A DNA stretch of 64,000 nucleotides from Phaeosaccion multiseriatum. Its lineage: Eukaryota > Protista > Ochrophyta, other classes. Of the stretch, positions 1 to 12,708 are shown one piece after another. Where the stretch lies: assembly GCA_965112735.1 (NCBI GenBank), contig OZ218950.1:2914001-2978000 (forward strand), written 5' to 3'. Within the stretch, counting starts at the first letter, position 1. Each line of letters opens with the position of its first letter. Under the pieces are notes generated by a model. That model worked only from the letters and a program-made list of their open reading frames with translations. It ran no database searches and was not told the DNA's origin. A program made the translations under genes and the position numbers.

Positions 1-1046
1 ACCTCTTGGGCTCTCGAATGTTCATCATCGGAGGGAAGGGCAGCGACGGCCAGTTGTATAGGGATGTACACTTCCTCGATCTCGTGGACTGGTGAGACAG
101 GACCTGTGGTGTCTTTCTTGCTGTAGCAGTTCAGTCTCTGGGCAATTTCACCAACCGAGCAGCCACTGACATTCCGCCACCCTCGACCCCCCCCACCCCT
201 CCCTCGACTTTCCCTGGTGCTCGTACGTTTCACGCTGCAGGACGTGGGTCACTGTCAACCCCACCTCCACCGGCCCCACCCCGCGCCTCAGCCCTGCCTC
301 CTGCCTGGTGGGCCGAAAGATTGTTGTGCAGGGAGGCTGGGACGGGAAGCAGCGATGTAATGACGACCTCTGGGTCTTTGACACGGACAGCTTCGTGTGG
401 ATCAACCCGAAAACAGGTACGCAACGCGGGTGTTCTCCTTTTCCTTTCTTTCTTTTTCAAGGAGGAGGCCGGGGTGACGGGGATTGCCTACTTGCACCAT
501 TGATCCTAAACATCGTAGCTGACTGCCCCTCCATCCCGGTCTCTCCCTCCGCAGGCGGTATCTCCCCGGGGGCTCGCTACGGCCATACAATGGAGCTTTT
601 GTCGAATGGAATGATCCTGGCCTTTGGTGGAACGAGCCTTGAGGTAGGATCAGGTAGTAGGCTGCTTCAGCCCAGTAGGAGCGAGCGGGAGAGGCTTCAG
701 CTTGTGATCAGGATAGACAAAACAAGCAGAAGGTTGTGTTGAAAGCTGTCCAAACTTATTCGTCCGTCCACCCCCCCCTCTCTCGCGTACCATCGCACGC
801 ATACACACACACACACACAAATACACAGCAAGAGGGCAATTTCCCCAAATACCATGGTGACATGAGGCAGCTCGATACAGAGACCATGCTATGGAGCAAG
901 CCCCGTACGGAAGGGTCAGTGCTCAGTCCTCGCAATGGACACACCATGAGCATCACAGAGGACGGGACGGTGGTCATCTTTGGCGGTTGGGGCTACGGGG
1001 GGGTGCAGAGCAGAGATGCGGGCAACAAGCGAAAGGTGCGGTATGT

Positions 1047-1077
<31 letters not shown>

Positions 1078-1827
1078 GGGGGATGGGGACGCACAAAACG
1101 CCTCGCGCTGTGCGATGGTACTCGATGGACGACGCTATCCTCCGCGAGTACGCCCCAAACAAAGCCTTGCTCTTGCTCTCGCTCTTGCCTCCTTTTTTGG
1201 CTCTGTCTTTAATCTTTGATGCTCACACCCTGAACCATCCAACCAACCAACCAATCAACCAACCAACCAACCAACCAACCAACCAACGAACACAATCAGG
1301 GGGCGGAGAGCATCTGCTGCATAGAGAGCAGCGAGCAGGGCAGTACGTCCCTGACCTTCCCCGTCCTCCGAGGCAGGGGCTTTCCCGAGCATTTGCACGG
1401 ACACAGCACTTGCGTCATTGGCAACGCCCTCTTTGTGTTCGGAGGCTGGAACGCGCACCAAGCCACCGGAAACGTCATGGTGTTTGAGGTCGAGCCATTG
1501 ATACAAGGCGAAGGAGGAGGAGGAGGAGGAGGAGGAGGAGGAGGAGGAGGAGGAGGAGGAGGAGGAGGAGGAGTAGGAGAAGAAGGTAAGGTGGTTGAGG
1601 CACGGACGATGGTATGCGCGAGGGAGAGAGGGAGGGAAGGAAGGAGGGAGGGAGGTGAGGAGGGGAGGTCGCTTGTTTGGTTGTCGCTTTCCATTCCTTC
1701 CTGCACGTGTGTGAAGGATTGCGTGTCTCGTTCTACGCTACTTGTTGTTTGTTCTTTCTCTTTATGCCTCACTCTGTCTCTCTGTCTCTCTGTCTCTCTC
1801 TCTTGATCTCGGCCAGGTCAAGCATAG
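1..1827 (+). CDS. Kelch-repeat beta-propeller protein (5'-partial, spliced)
   Basis: GT-AG exons at about 1-91, 241-416, 554-643, 829-1036, 1300-1586 and 1817-1827 give repeated kelch motifs: MFIIGG, IVVQGGWDG...DDLWVFD, RYGHTM...ILAFGG, PRNGHTM...VVIFGGWG, HGHSTC...LFVFGGWN. The last exon and stop codon are tentative. Confidence 0.85.
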
Positions 1828-2729
1828 CGCGACCAAGACGCTTGTATGTACGTAGAAATCACTCCGGAATCGCCCGTGTGACTATTGCTTAGGCACGTCC
1901 CCATCATCAGGTCATGAACAGTCATATTTTTAATTCATTGTGATCGTAGGTTGAGTAGTAGTCATAGTAGACAGGGTAGTGGTACACTCGATGTGCCTAC
2001 CTACCTATCTACCTATCTCCTCCCTGGCAGTGTGTCCCACATTACCTGTGCTCTATCTCCTTTGCTTCAGTAGGTGAGAACACACTCCAAGGCCTCTCCT
2101 CCTTTTAAAATTAGTACCGATCGAAAACAATATACTAGTTTCCCCAGGGGGTGGCTCTCCCCTCGGGGCGGTACCCACGCAAGGGTAACGCCCCCTCGTC
2201 TCTGCTCCGCGAGAAACGGAGCTACTGGTGCTGCTCTAGTGAGTAAGCTTTCTCGCCGTCCTTCTCGCCGTCGCGGCGCTTGGGTGAGGAACGTAATCCA
2301 TCGGGAGGCCTCCTCCTGTGGTCGTCGGCGAAAACTAGGGAAAACCAGCTCCCCTTTGTCGTCGCCAAGTGCTGAGGAACATCAGCATCCGGGGGCGTCG
2401 CCAGCTGTGAACGGTGAAGTGATGGGACTCGACCTCCAAGCAATCGCCAACTGTGAACGAGACGGCTGGTGGTCCAACGCGCCCACGATGTTGGGGGAAG
2501 GACTATTCGGTCAGAGTGCAGCCCCGCAATGGGGTCCCCCGTGGGAGACCAAAGGAATCTCCAAAGGGGGCCGCCCCCTCGGGGAGAGGGGGGGGCGGGC
2601 ACTGGTGTTCGGATGGAATGGAGCTTGGGGTGCCATCGCAGAGCGCCCCCCACGCTCTGCTTCACCCCCATTCATCCGAGTACCCGCGGAAGCCGTCAGC
2701 ATCCGTCCAGCCCAGCCGGCCTGCTGAAC

Positions 2730-3765
2730 CGTTGAAACCGTCTGTGCAATCGTCGAGGACCAGCGGTCCCAACACGGCAGTGAGCGCCGATCAGCCCCGC
2801 TGGCCGCAAGGGCGGTCGGTCGCACCACCACTCCGCAAGGAGTGGGCAGAGATCCGAGCGGGGTCTGTGCCAGCCCTTGCTGCTTTCGCCTTGAGCGCTC
2901 TGGTGACCTTCCTCCGCTCTGTGAAGTTGCACACTTCCTCCGCCCTGCCCCGCCTTGTCGAGGTAAAAGGACAAAAGGCTGCCCCCCTCCTCAACCTCTC
3001 GCTCTAGCCCACGCTCTCCCCCGAAGTGGTAACGGAGGGCGTTTACCGCAGCCAGAACCGGGCAGAGAACATCTGTCCCCTCGTGCGTGCGCACCTCACC
3101 ATTCCTAAAATTGTCTGTCCTGCTTGCCCGTGAACGCCAACGTGACGCGAAGCATCTGCCCTCCACGGTCGACGGCCTCGAGGACTGCCCTCCCGAGAAG
3201 CTTGCAGCCTGCTGCTTCTGTGAAGGTGACGTCCAGAGGGGCTAGGATGTACCAATTGGATGTACCGCTCGTCCGCTCTCCCAATCACATTGTTGGGAGC
3301 AAAACCCAAACTCGCTCACACGCATCAGGAAAAACCCAACCCAAGCGATTGAGGGCCCACAACACGACGCCCCTCCTCCCATCAGAGCGGAGCGCCTCTC
3401 CCGCAGCCCTCCCTTGGTCCTTCCACATCCACCGGAAGCTGCGGGACGCTATCGCCATCTGTGAGTTTGTAGCCCCGAAGAACCAACGGCAGCTGTTTGG
3501 CGACAGCGGGGCCCTTTCTTCCCTCGCGGGAAAAAAGGGTATTCGCCGCCGGCCCCTTCCCCTCCACTGTAGACGCCTTGTTGTGCTTCTTCTCCCGACA
3601 CCAGGCAAGAAAAGCCATGAAGATGTCAGAATTCCGAGGGTCGTCGTCTCCGAACAGTAGGACCGGCGGCACCCCCACTAGTTCGCAACACTCGATCCAT
3701 TGGGCTGGACCGATGAGTCGCGATCCAGGGCGCTAGAGCGGAGACCGCCTACTACGGCAGCCCGG
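2730..3765 (-). mobile_element. Degenerate tyrosine recombinase (DIRS/Ngaro/Crypton-type) pseudogene with several frameshifts
   Basis: Collinear YR motifs on the minus strand, split across frames: QWIECC...FMAFLAW...KASTVEGK...VLRGYK...LPV; FFLMRVSEF (3308-3334); SRTD...LCPV (3055-3125); SAHSLRSGGAT (about 2820-2850); ALAASGAD...RWSS. No RT or RNase H is visible. Confidence 0.8.
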
Positions 3766-6040
3766 TGTGCTGGCCGACAGCACGCTCGAAAGCCCTCGCG
3801 AAGGGCCTGAGCGGGAAGGTTCTTTCCAATGAAGACCACCTTACTCACTCGCGGGGCCTGTCCCGGAGGGTGTGGCCAGTCTAGCGAGGGCGTAACGTCG
3901 AACAAGTCATGCACGCCCTGCAACACGTGGCGCGCCTCGCTGCCCTCCACTTGCAGCACCCCCTTGATCCGGTAGATCACCACCGCCTCAGACGCCTCTG
4001 CCGCCGCTGCCGCCGCGCCAGTCTCTCCGTGGGGGCTACTGCTGTCTACACTCGCCCCTCGCTGTTCGCCCTCTCCCTGTCCATCCGCGAGCTCTACGCC
4101 TTCTCCTCCTAGATGGCCATCGTCTGTGTCGGTCCACAGCAGGGAGCCTATCCATCGCTCCAACTCGGGAAGCACAACAAACACGTCCGTCTCTTCCAAA
4201 GGCACCGTGCCCACTCGCAAGTCGTGCACTCCGCACCGAGAAGACGAGTCGGAACCCCTCGTGTCGTTACCTCCATAGCAGTGCGGCCCATGCTCGTGAT
4301 CATGATGATGATGATGATGATGATGATGGTGATGCTGATGGTCAGCCTCTGGCTCTCTACCGTTACTATCACTGCCGCTGTGGTCATGACCTTTGCTGCT
4401 GCCACTACTGCCGGCCTGCTCTACCTCGAGCGCCTTCAAGGCCTTCTCCGGGCTGCAGCTATTGATGTCCATGATCCACCCCAGATCCACCACAGACCTC
4501 TCGGTGACGCGCACCTGCGCCTCGGCATTGAGTACCTTGAGACTGGTCTGCAGCTGCTCAAGGTCCGTGTCAGACACGAGGTCGGCCTTGTTGAGCACGA
4601 TGCGGTCCGCGTAGGCAATCTGCATGGTCGCCTCGTTCGGGTGTAGTAGCAGCTGCTGCAGTCCCGCGTCCTCCTCCCCCGCCTTCTCATCCTTCATCTC
4701 CTCTCCTTGTTTAATCGGGCTCTTTTGAGAGGCCTGGATGTGGTGCCCAATGTGCTTGGCGTCCACCAGAGTGACAATGCCGTCCAAGCGGAGGCAGCTC
4801 TCCACTGCGTCGTCCATCCAAAACACACTCGCCACAGGACCCTAGCCCCGTCCGAGAGAGAGAGAGAGAGAGAGAGAGAGGCAAGGCAGCGACAAAAAGC
4901 ACCAACAAGAAGATAAGAAAAGCGCATCATTCGATACACGTTACCCCCCTTCTTTTTTCTTTTTACTTCGCACTACACTTTGGCTCAGATTGATATCACA
5001 TAGGGAAGTGTCAAGCAAAAGCGCGTCTCTTGGTCTCTGAACAACCGTGCTGCAAAGGCACGCACGTACCGGGTTGGCAAGCCCCGTGGTCTCGATGATG
5101 ACATAATCGAACTTGTCCCTCTGCTCCAGCAGCATCTCCAGCGTGGTGACGAGGTCGTCCTTGACAGTGCAGCAGATGCACCCATTCTTCAGCTCAAAGA
5201 GGTTATCCGCCAGCTTGGTGCCGTCCTCGCCCTGTGTGTGTGTGTGTGTGTGTGCAATGGTGTGGAGTTTGCGGTAGTATCCCCCATTGGGGGCGGGAGG
5301 GGGGCAGAAAGAGAGGAGTCGGACACATAAGAGGAGAGTCGCGTATATAAGGCCTTTGTTTTTTTACCCGCAGTATTCCTGCCTTAACCCGCCAAACCAG
5401 CAGGATGAGGACGAGCAGGAGCGACACAATAGCTATCTTGCTTCCCCTCTCTTACCCGCGCAATGAGTTGCTCGATGTCCATACTATCGCCGAACTCGTT
5501 CTCAATGATGGCAATCCTCCTCCCGTGTGGCTGCCTGAGGATGTAATTGAGGAGAGTGGTCTTGCCCGACCCCAGGAAGCCCGTCACCACCGTAACAGGG
5601 ACACTGCGGTCAGCGGCTGGGGAAGACAGAGAAAACAATGGATGTGAAAGGTGGCGCGTGGACAGGAGTGTTAGACTCGGCAGAACAAGGCCTAATGGGG
5701 GGCACAGGGGGGGGGGAGCAAAGAGACGGGAAGCACCACCATCCCCTCAAACATGCCATGCTCTTCTTTCACCTTTGGGAACCGCAACATCCTTCCCTTC
5801 TGCTGGATCCTCCAGCTGCACTAGCGTAGGAGGTAGCTCTTCATCGTCATCCGTCTCCTCCTCCTCCTCCTCCTCCTCCTCCTCCTCCTCCTCCTCCTCC
5901 TCCTCCTCCTCCTCCTCCTCCTCCTCCTCCTTTCCTGCTGCTGCTTCTGTTGCTGCTTCTGTTGCTGCTCCCGCTCCTACTGCTTCTTCTGCTGCTGATC
6001 CTGTGGTCTCTCCTCCGCTCATGTGGCTTGGCTCCTCCAT
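3678..6040 (-). CDS. CobW/COG0523 (G3E family) Zn-metallochaperone GTPase, ZNG1/CBWD-like
   Basis: Spliced exons give PVTVVTGFLGSGKTT (Walker A), IIENEFG, GCICC (CxCC), IETTGLANP, QIAYADRIVLNKADL, a poly-His tract, and a CobW_C end (YRIKGVL...LQGVHD...VFIGKNL). ATG at 6040; acidic N-terminus. Confidence 0.93.
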
Positions 6041-6155
6041 ATCGTAGCTTGCTCTGTCGCCAATCCGAAGACGCACAGTCGATCTTCCCAAAGATGGGTT
6101 GTTAAAGGGGGGGGCGGCAATTACGCAATTACCATTTCTAATTTCCTAGCGAGAT
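6041..6155. promoter_or_regulatory. Putative compact bidirectional promoter between the CobW and HECT genes
   Basis: Only 115 bp separate the two divergent ATGs (6040 minus, 6156 plus). Confidence 0.55.
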
Positions 6156-6910
6156 ATGTCCACCACGCGCGACGGCTTCTCGCAGCTTTTCAAGCAAAGG
6201 TATGAAGCGAATATCACCAGAGGCATGGATCAGACGGAAGCCGCTGCAGCCGCGCTGGAGTCCTTAGGAGTTGCAGCAGTAGCATCCCCAGAAACAGCCG
6301 CAGCCACCGCACCCGCTTCATCATCACCATCATCATCATCGTCAGCAGCAGCAGATGGAGGAGCAGATGGAGCAGCAGCAGCAGATGGATCAGGAGGAGG
6401 AGGAGGAGCAGCAGAAGCAGCAGCAGCAGGAGGAGGAGGAGGAGAAGGAGGAGGAGGACGGGCAGGATTTGCACCCGCCTCTGAGGATTCAGAGGCCCCC
6501 GCCGCGTCCTCAGAGCGAACGTTGTCGTCGCTGTCAGTGGCCCGATCAGGGGAGTCTCTCTCGTCCATGACTCCGTTCTCCTCACCCTCCGGGTCGTCGC
6601 CCAGGCTGCGAAGCTTCAAGAGAGGAAGGCAGGAGGAGAAGGGGGGTGACGAGGAGGATGGAAATGACTTTCCAGAGGAGGCACCAGAAGAAGAACCGAG
6701 GCCGACCGTGCCGGCTGAAGAAACGGGCTCGATGGAAAGAATATCGTCGCTGATTAGCACGTGTCGGGAGGAGAAAAGCTTTCGAAAACTCATTCACTTT
6801 GTCGGCGCGCTTTTCTCTTCTCCTGACCACCTCAACGCGAGCTTTGACCTGAAACGAGTCGAAGGAAAAGGAGCAGGAACTGACGCCACGACCAACTCAG
6901 CGGCGCCAGT

Positions 6911-6941
<31 letters not shown>

Positions 6942-7966
6942 GCAGCAGCAGGAGCAACAGGAGAAGGAGCAGCAGGAGCACCAGCCAAGTCGGGGCATAC
7001 TGTGGACGAGGATGGCGATACCTGCATGGGAGAGCCAAGAGCTTCACCCACAGCAGCAGCAGGAGCAGCAGGAGCAGCAAAAGCAGATGATGACATCGTA
7101 CCCGCACATCCCCCCCCCCTCTCGGAACAGGAGCAGGGGTCCAGCAAGTCGACTGGCGATGATGGGAAGGAAGGTCAGGGTCAGAAGGAGGGAGGGAAGC
7201 AGGGCGAAGAAGGGGCGAGCAGGGATGACCCGATAGGCATCGACATTGAAGGGGTTCGGCAGTGCTTTCAGATGCTCTTGGACCTCGGGGAAGAGGGCGT
7301 GACCAACTCCCTCGCCCACGCGCTCGAGTCATTGGTCTCCAAGTTGTGGTCGCTGCGCACCAACAGGAAAGCGCAACCCTATCAGGTGCGTGCGTCTACT
7401 TTAGATCCAACAGGGATCGATCAAGGGGGTGGCGTATAGAGGGCGTGGGACTGACTCTAAGCGGGCCGTCTGGGGACTCGGCCTCACTCTTAACCTTGCC
7501 CGTCTTGCTCCTGTCTCTCTTTCTCTCTGTTTCTCCCTCTCCCTCTCACTCACTCACTCACTCACTCACTCACTCACTCACTCACTCACTTCCCCCCCGC
7601 CCCCCATCTCACCCCTGTCCCTCGTCCCTCCCCTCAGCTTCGTTCCTTCCTGGTGGTGCTGGAGAACCCCCAACTGTCCTTCCCAGAGTATGGCGCCACC
7701 CTCGCTACGGCCTTCTCCTCCTTGGCCGCTCTACCGCTCAAGCTGAAGCGTGCGATGGTCCACTGGCTCGCACACTCTGCGGGACATGATAGATTTCGCA
7801 GGTACGCGTGTGTGTGTGCGTGTGTGTGTGTGTGTGCGTGTGTGCGTCCGTCCAGAGTGCTGTGCGATGGGTTTCACGCTTTGCCTTTTGTTGCCACATG
7901 TGCCCATGACTCCTCACTTGTTTGGGTCCGCTTCAAAACATCACTCATTCGCAATTAGCCTAAGGC

Positions 7967-8021
<55 letters not shown>

Positions 8022-9411
8022 GACTTTGTTCACTCACCCCGCTGTCGCAGCTGGCTAGGGGGCATCCAGCAGTTCATCACAATCAAGATTTACATGAACC
8101 AAACCCAGAGCCTCCTCTCCGCAGTCAAGGTACATACGAGGCCTTGTTGACTCCCTCCCTCTGTGTCAGCACACATCTCACTATACAAAGCGTGGTTGAC
8201 TCCCTCCCTCTGTGTCAACACACACACACACCCCACAATCGCATAGACCGGGGAGGAAGGAAGGAAGGAAGGAAGGAGCAAGGCGGGGGGGGGAGGCCCA
8301 GCCGCTCTTTGCGCTGTCTCGTGTGGCCTTGTCTGGGGTGGCAGGGTCATTCAGCCATCGCCTCTATTGCCCTTCGCACTGAGCGAGTGTCGCACGGCTC
8401 ACGGGATATCAACCCATCAGGCAGTCATCATCTCTCGGCCAACAGGTTCTCACACTGACCTCTCTCTCTCTCTCTCTTCCCCGCCCCGCACGCTCTCCTC
8501 TCGCCTCGTGTTCCATTCTCACCACACACCCAAAGGTGCTGGATCTTCTCCACCGGGCAAATGCCTCATGCGGCTCCCCTGCGCCGGTGAGAAGCGCCGG
8601 CATAGAGTCATGGAGTGTGTCTGTGGGCATATCTGTCGGCATAGAGTCATGGAGTGTATCTGTGGGCATATCTGTCGGCATAGAGTCATGGAGTGTATCT
8701 GTCGGCATATCTGTCGGCATAGAGTCATGGAGTGTATCTGTGGATGGATCGGGGATCGGGTCATTGGCTCCGTCAGCGCAGGGGTGGAGGGGGGGGGGGG
8801 GCGAGGGACGGTGAAACTTCCGAGCCCACACGTTTTTTATTCCGTGAAGTCCCCTCGCCAAGAGCTCTACTACTATTACGTTCGACCACATGACTGTGGT
8901 GATGTCAACTCTGTAAACGCTCTCATCTCTATGGGAAGCCTGCAAGGTTTACAAGTTTTGGTTAGCTTTGTGCTCTGGAGTCGCTCACCTGCCTGCACAC
9001 ACACACGCACGCACAGGCATGTATCTCTAATATCCGCCTGTCACTTGTCTTATCTACAGATTGTTGCAGCAGACTTCTACAACGAGGCGGTCAATTCGGA
9101 GATATTCAAGACTAAGTGAGTCAGCAGTCAAGTCACTCACCAAATTGAGTACTGCTTAACGCCCCACCCTTCCCTGGTGGACTCTCCTCTCCCTACTGGC
9201 ACCTACTGCTGTTTGCTTGGGGAGACCGTGTCCCAAATGTGTCTCGTATGAGTGTCGCTTCATTTTGCATGGCATTTGGTATTCCTTCCCCTGTCTCTGT
9301 CTCTCTCTCTCGCCGCTCTTCGTGCTCGATACCACTTGTTCCGCACCCCACACTCCTGTCCTCCCCTCCCCTCCCCTCCCCTCTCCTCCCCTCCCCTCCC
9401 CTCCCGCACGT

Positions 9412-9461
<50 letters not shown>

Positions 9462-11648
9462 ACAGCCAGGAGATGTGGCGCAACTACGACCGTTGGAGAA
9501 ACGACATCCTCCTCAAGGAAGGGGAGCGGGGTGGGGCCAGCGGGTGGGGCGATTACACCTCGCTGGTGACATACTCGTTTGTGCTAGACCCTGCCTCCAA
9601 AGCCTCTATACTGGAGCTGGATGCGCGAGTGCAGATGCGCAAGGAGCTCGAGGAGGAGATTAGGGACGAGCTCATGAGAGCGCAGGCGCATCAAGAGGAG
9701 CCTACCATTCAGCCATACTTGTTGTTGCGAGTCAGAAGGTGGGAGGAGGGGTGGGGAAGGGTGGGGTGGGGAGGGTGGGAGAGAGGGTCCGTAGAGGGAA
9801 AGAGTGAGGTGGATGGGGTGGGTGGGGCAGGGGGCGGCGAAGGAAGGGTGTTGCAAAGGGTCAGGGGCAAGGAAAGAGAGAAGAGGAGAGCCTTCCCTTC
9901 CCGTCCGTCCGTCCGGCGGTGGCCGCTGCTCCTCTTCTTTTTACGAACCGCCGCCTCTACTCTGCTCTGCTTTGTTGTTCCACCAACTGCCCTACTTATG
10001 CCCTGCCCTGTATCACCAACTGCCCTACTTGTGTGTCCTGCAGAGACTCGATCGTGAGCGACACAGTGCACAATCTTATGATTCGGCCTGATGGAGACTT
10101 GAAAAAGCAACTGAAGGTGGGTGTGTCACTTGTATGTATTATACATAGTATTATGTATGACTAACCTACAGACTGCCTACAAACCACCCCCCCCCCCCCC
10201 CCCCAACACACACACACACACACACACAGGTCCAGTTCGTTGGTGAGGAGGGCGTGGACGAGGGTGGGGTGCAAAAGGAGTACTTCCAAGTGCTTCTCAA
10301 GGCCCTGCTGGACCCCCAGTATGCCATGTTCAGCGCCAACAGCGACGCAGAGGGCAACGACACCACCATGTGGTTCAACAGCGACTCCCTAGAGGCCGGG
10401 GAGGAGTTCGAGCTTATAGGTTAGCTGGTACACGAGTCAGGGAGGAAGGGAAGGAGGGAAGGAAGGAAAGAAGGAAGGAAGGAAGGAAAGAGGGGAGGAA
10501 GGAAGTCCATAGTATCAATAGCACCCCACCACCCCAACTCTCAATCCCCCGCCCCCGGCCGCCCCCCCCTCCCTCTCTCCACCCATCCCTCACCCACCCC
10601 TTCTTCACCCCTCACCCCTCACCCCTCACCCCCCCTCCCAACCAGGCATGCTGCTGGGCATAGCCATCTACAACGCCATCATCCTGGACGTCCGCTTCCC
10701 TATGGTGGTGTACCGCCGCCTCAAGGGCCTTAAGCCCTCCCTCCTTGACTTGAAGGAAGCCATGCCTGCTCTCGGCAAGGGCTTGCAGGACCTGCTCGAC
10801 TTTGAGGGGGATGTGGAGGGGGTTTTCTGCAGGACATTCCAGGTATATGGGGAGAATGGGTGCATGGGTGTGTGTAAGGCAGGGCAGGGCATGTGGGTGT
10901 ATGGGGATGGGGGAGTAGTCAGCGTCACTCACTCACTCACTCACTCACTCACTCACTCACTGACTCTCTGACGCTCCATCCATCCTTCACCTACCTGTAC
11001 CTCTCTCCCTGTGTGCATTACACACCTCTCTTTTGCCCACTGCCAATCAACACGTAAGATCTCGAGAGAAGTGTTTGGAGAGGTGCGAACCTTCGATCTC
11101 GTCGAGGACGGAGGGCAAGTGCCGGTCACCAAGGAGAACAGGGCCGACTATGTGCGGCGCTATGTCAAGTACACGCTGGAGGACGCTATCCAGCTGCAGT
11201 TCGCCGCATTCAACAAGGGCTTCCACAAGGTTGTTCGATAGGGGCAGAAGCTCTTTTGCCTTCCTCCTCCGTCTCTTCAGCTCCCTCTCTCCCTTCTTCT
11301 CCCTCTCCCTCTCTCAGGCTCTCTCCTCTAATCCTCGCCCTATCTCTCTTTGCCTCTTTCTCTCTCTCTCTCTCTACCACCCTCTCCCTCTCTTGTTTCA
11401 ACTCCTGCAACTGATGCATACGATTGGGTACCTCCCCCCCCCCCCCACCCACTTTCTCCATGCTCATCAGGTATGCGGCGGAGCGGCTTTGGACCTCTTC
11501 AGCCCGGAGGAGCTTGAGTTGCTCATCTGCGGCAATCCTGAGCTTGACTTTGACGCTCTAGAAAGGGTAAGGAGGGGAGAGGGAGGGAGAAAAGAGCATG
11601 GAGCCACAATACTGTCTGTACCTGCCCGTACTCGTTTGGTCTCACCTT

Positions 11649-11695
<47 letters not shown>

Positions 11696-12239
11696 TGTCT
11701 CTCTTATCTATTCCCTCTCCTTCTCTCTCTTTCATCTTCCCCCCCCCAGGTGACCCGCTACGAAGACGGCTTCACGGCCGACAGCCCCGTGGTGGTCAAC
11801 TTCTGGGCAGTGGTGCAGGTAATCATTTAAAAGTAACAACCGTTTGCAACCCTTTCTCTCCCCTCTCTGATGCATGGCATACAGTTTTACCTCTCCCCCT
11901 CCCTCCTTTTCCTCTGAAACTGAAACTGGTGTGGTCATGCACATAGGCGTTCTCCGAGGCGGACAAGAGGAAGCTGCTGAAGTTCGCCACGGGCAGCGAC
12001 AGGGCACCCATCAACGGCCTAGACTCGTGAGTCCGCAAGGGGCAAGGGTCGGTCTGCTTGTTCCTTTGCTTATATTCTTCTTCTTCTTCTTCGTTCCGTA
12101 TCCTGCTTCTTCTCGATCCTCTCTCTCTCTCTCTCTCTCTCTGTCTCTGTCTCTGGGAACGATGGCCTCTTTGTTCTCTTCCTCTATCTCTTGCTGTGTG
12201 CCTCTCTCACGCCTCTCTCCTCCACCTATTTCCCTCCCT

Positions 12240-12281
<42 letters not shown>

Positions 12282-12586
12282 GTCTGTGTGTGTGTGTCCC
12301 TCTCTGCCCCTTCATTACCCCCTCCCCCCTCTCTCTTACCCTGCGCTCTCTCCCCTCCCCCCACCCCTCGCTCTTCCCCTCTTCCCTCCCCTCCTCCCCG
12401 CCTCTCTCCTGTCAACTCATCAGCTTGGTGCTCGTCATCAGCAAGAACGGCCCAGACAGCGACTGGCTCCCCACAGCCCACACTTGCTTCAACCACCTGC
12501 TACTGCCCGACTACTCCAGCAGAGAGAAGCTCGAGAACAGACTCCGGCTGGCCATTGAGCAGGCCGAGGGCTTCGGCCTGCAATAG
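6156..12586 (+). CDS. HECT-domain E3 ubiquitin ligase (UBE3A/HERC/HECTD2-like C-terminus), multi-exon
   Basis: Exons encode [68 protein letters not shown] and [16 protein letters not shown] (catalytic Cys), ending EGFGLQ* at 12586. Confidence 0.95.
8598..8743. repeat. Intronic 39-bp minisatellite (about 3.6 copies)
   Basis: Unit catagagtcatggagtgt(g/a)tctgt(g/c)ggcatatctgtcgg starts at 8601, 8640, 8679 and 8718. Confidence 0.95.
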
Positions 12587-12708
12587 ACACAAACACATGG
12601 AGGGAGACTGTGGTCAAGCCGCAGACTCTGTACATACCATAGATATAAGTATACAAATCATCAATCATCAATCATCATCCTCCATAGATCCTCCATGTCT
12701 TCGAGCGA

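Noticed and set aside
2140-2176. Similarity to the reverse complement of 12850-12882, suggesting the YR element and the MITE share termini
   Set aside because: Only about 25 GC-rich bases with gaps, and it does not extend on either side.
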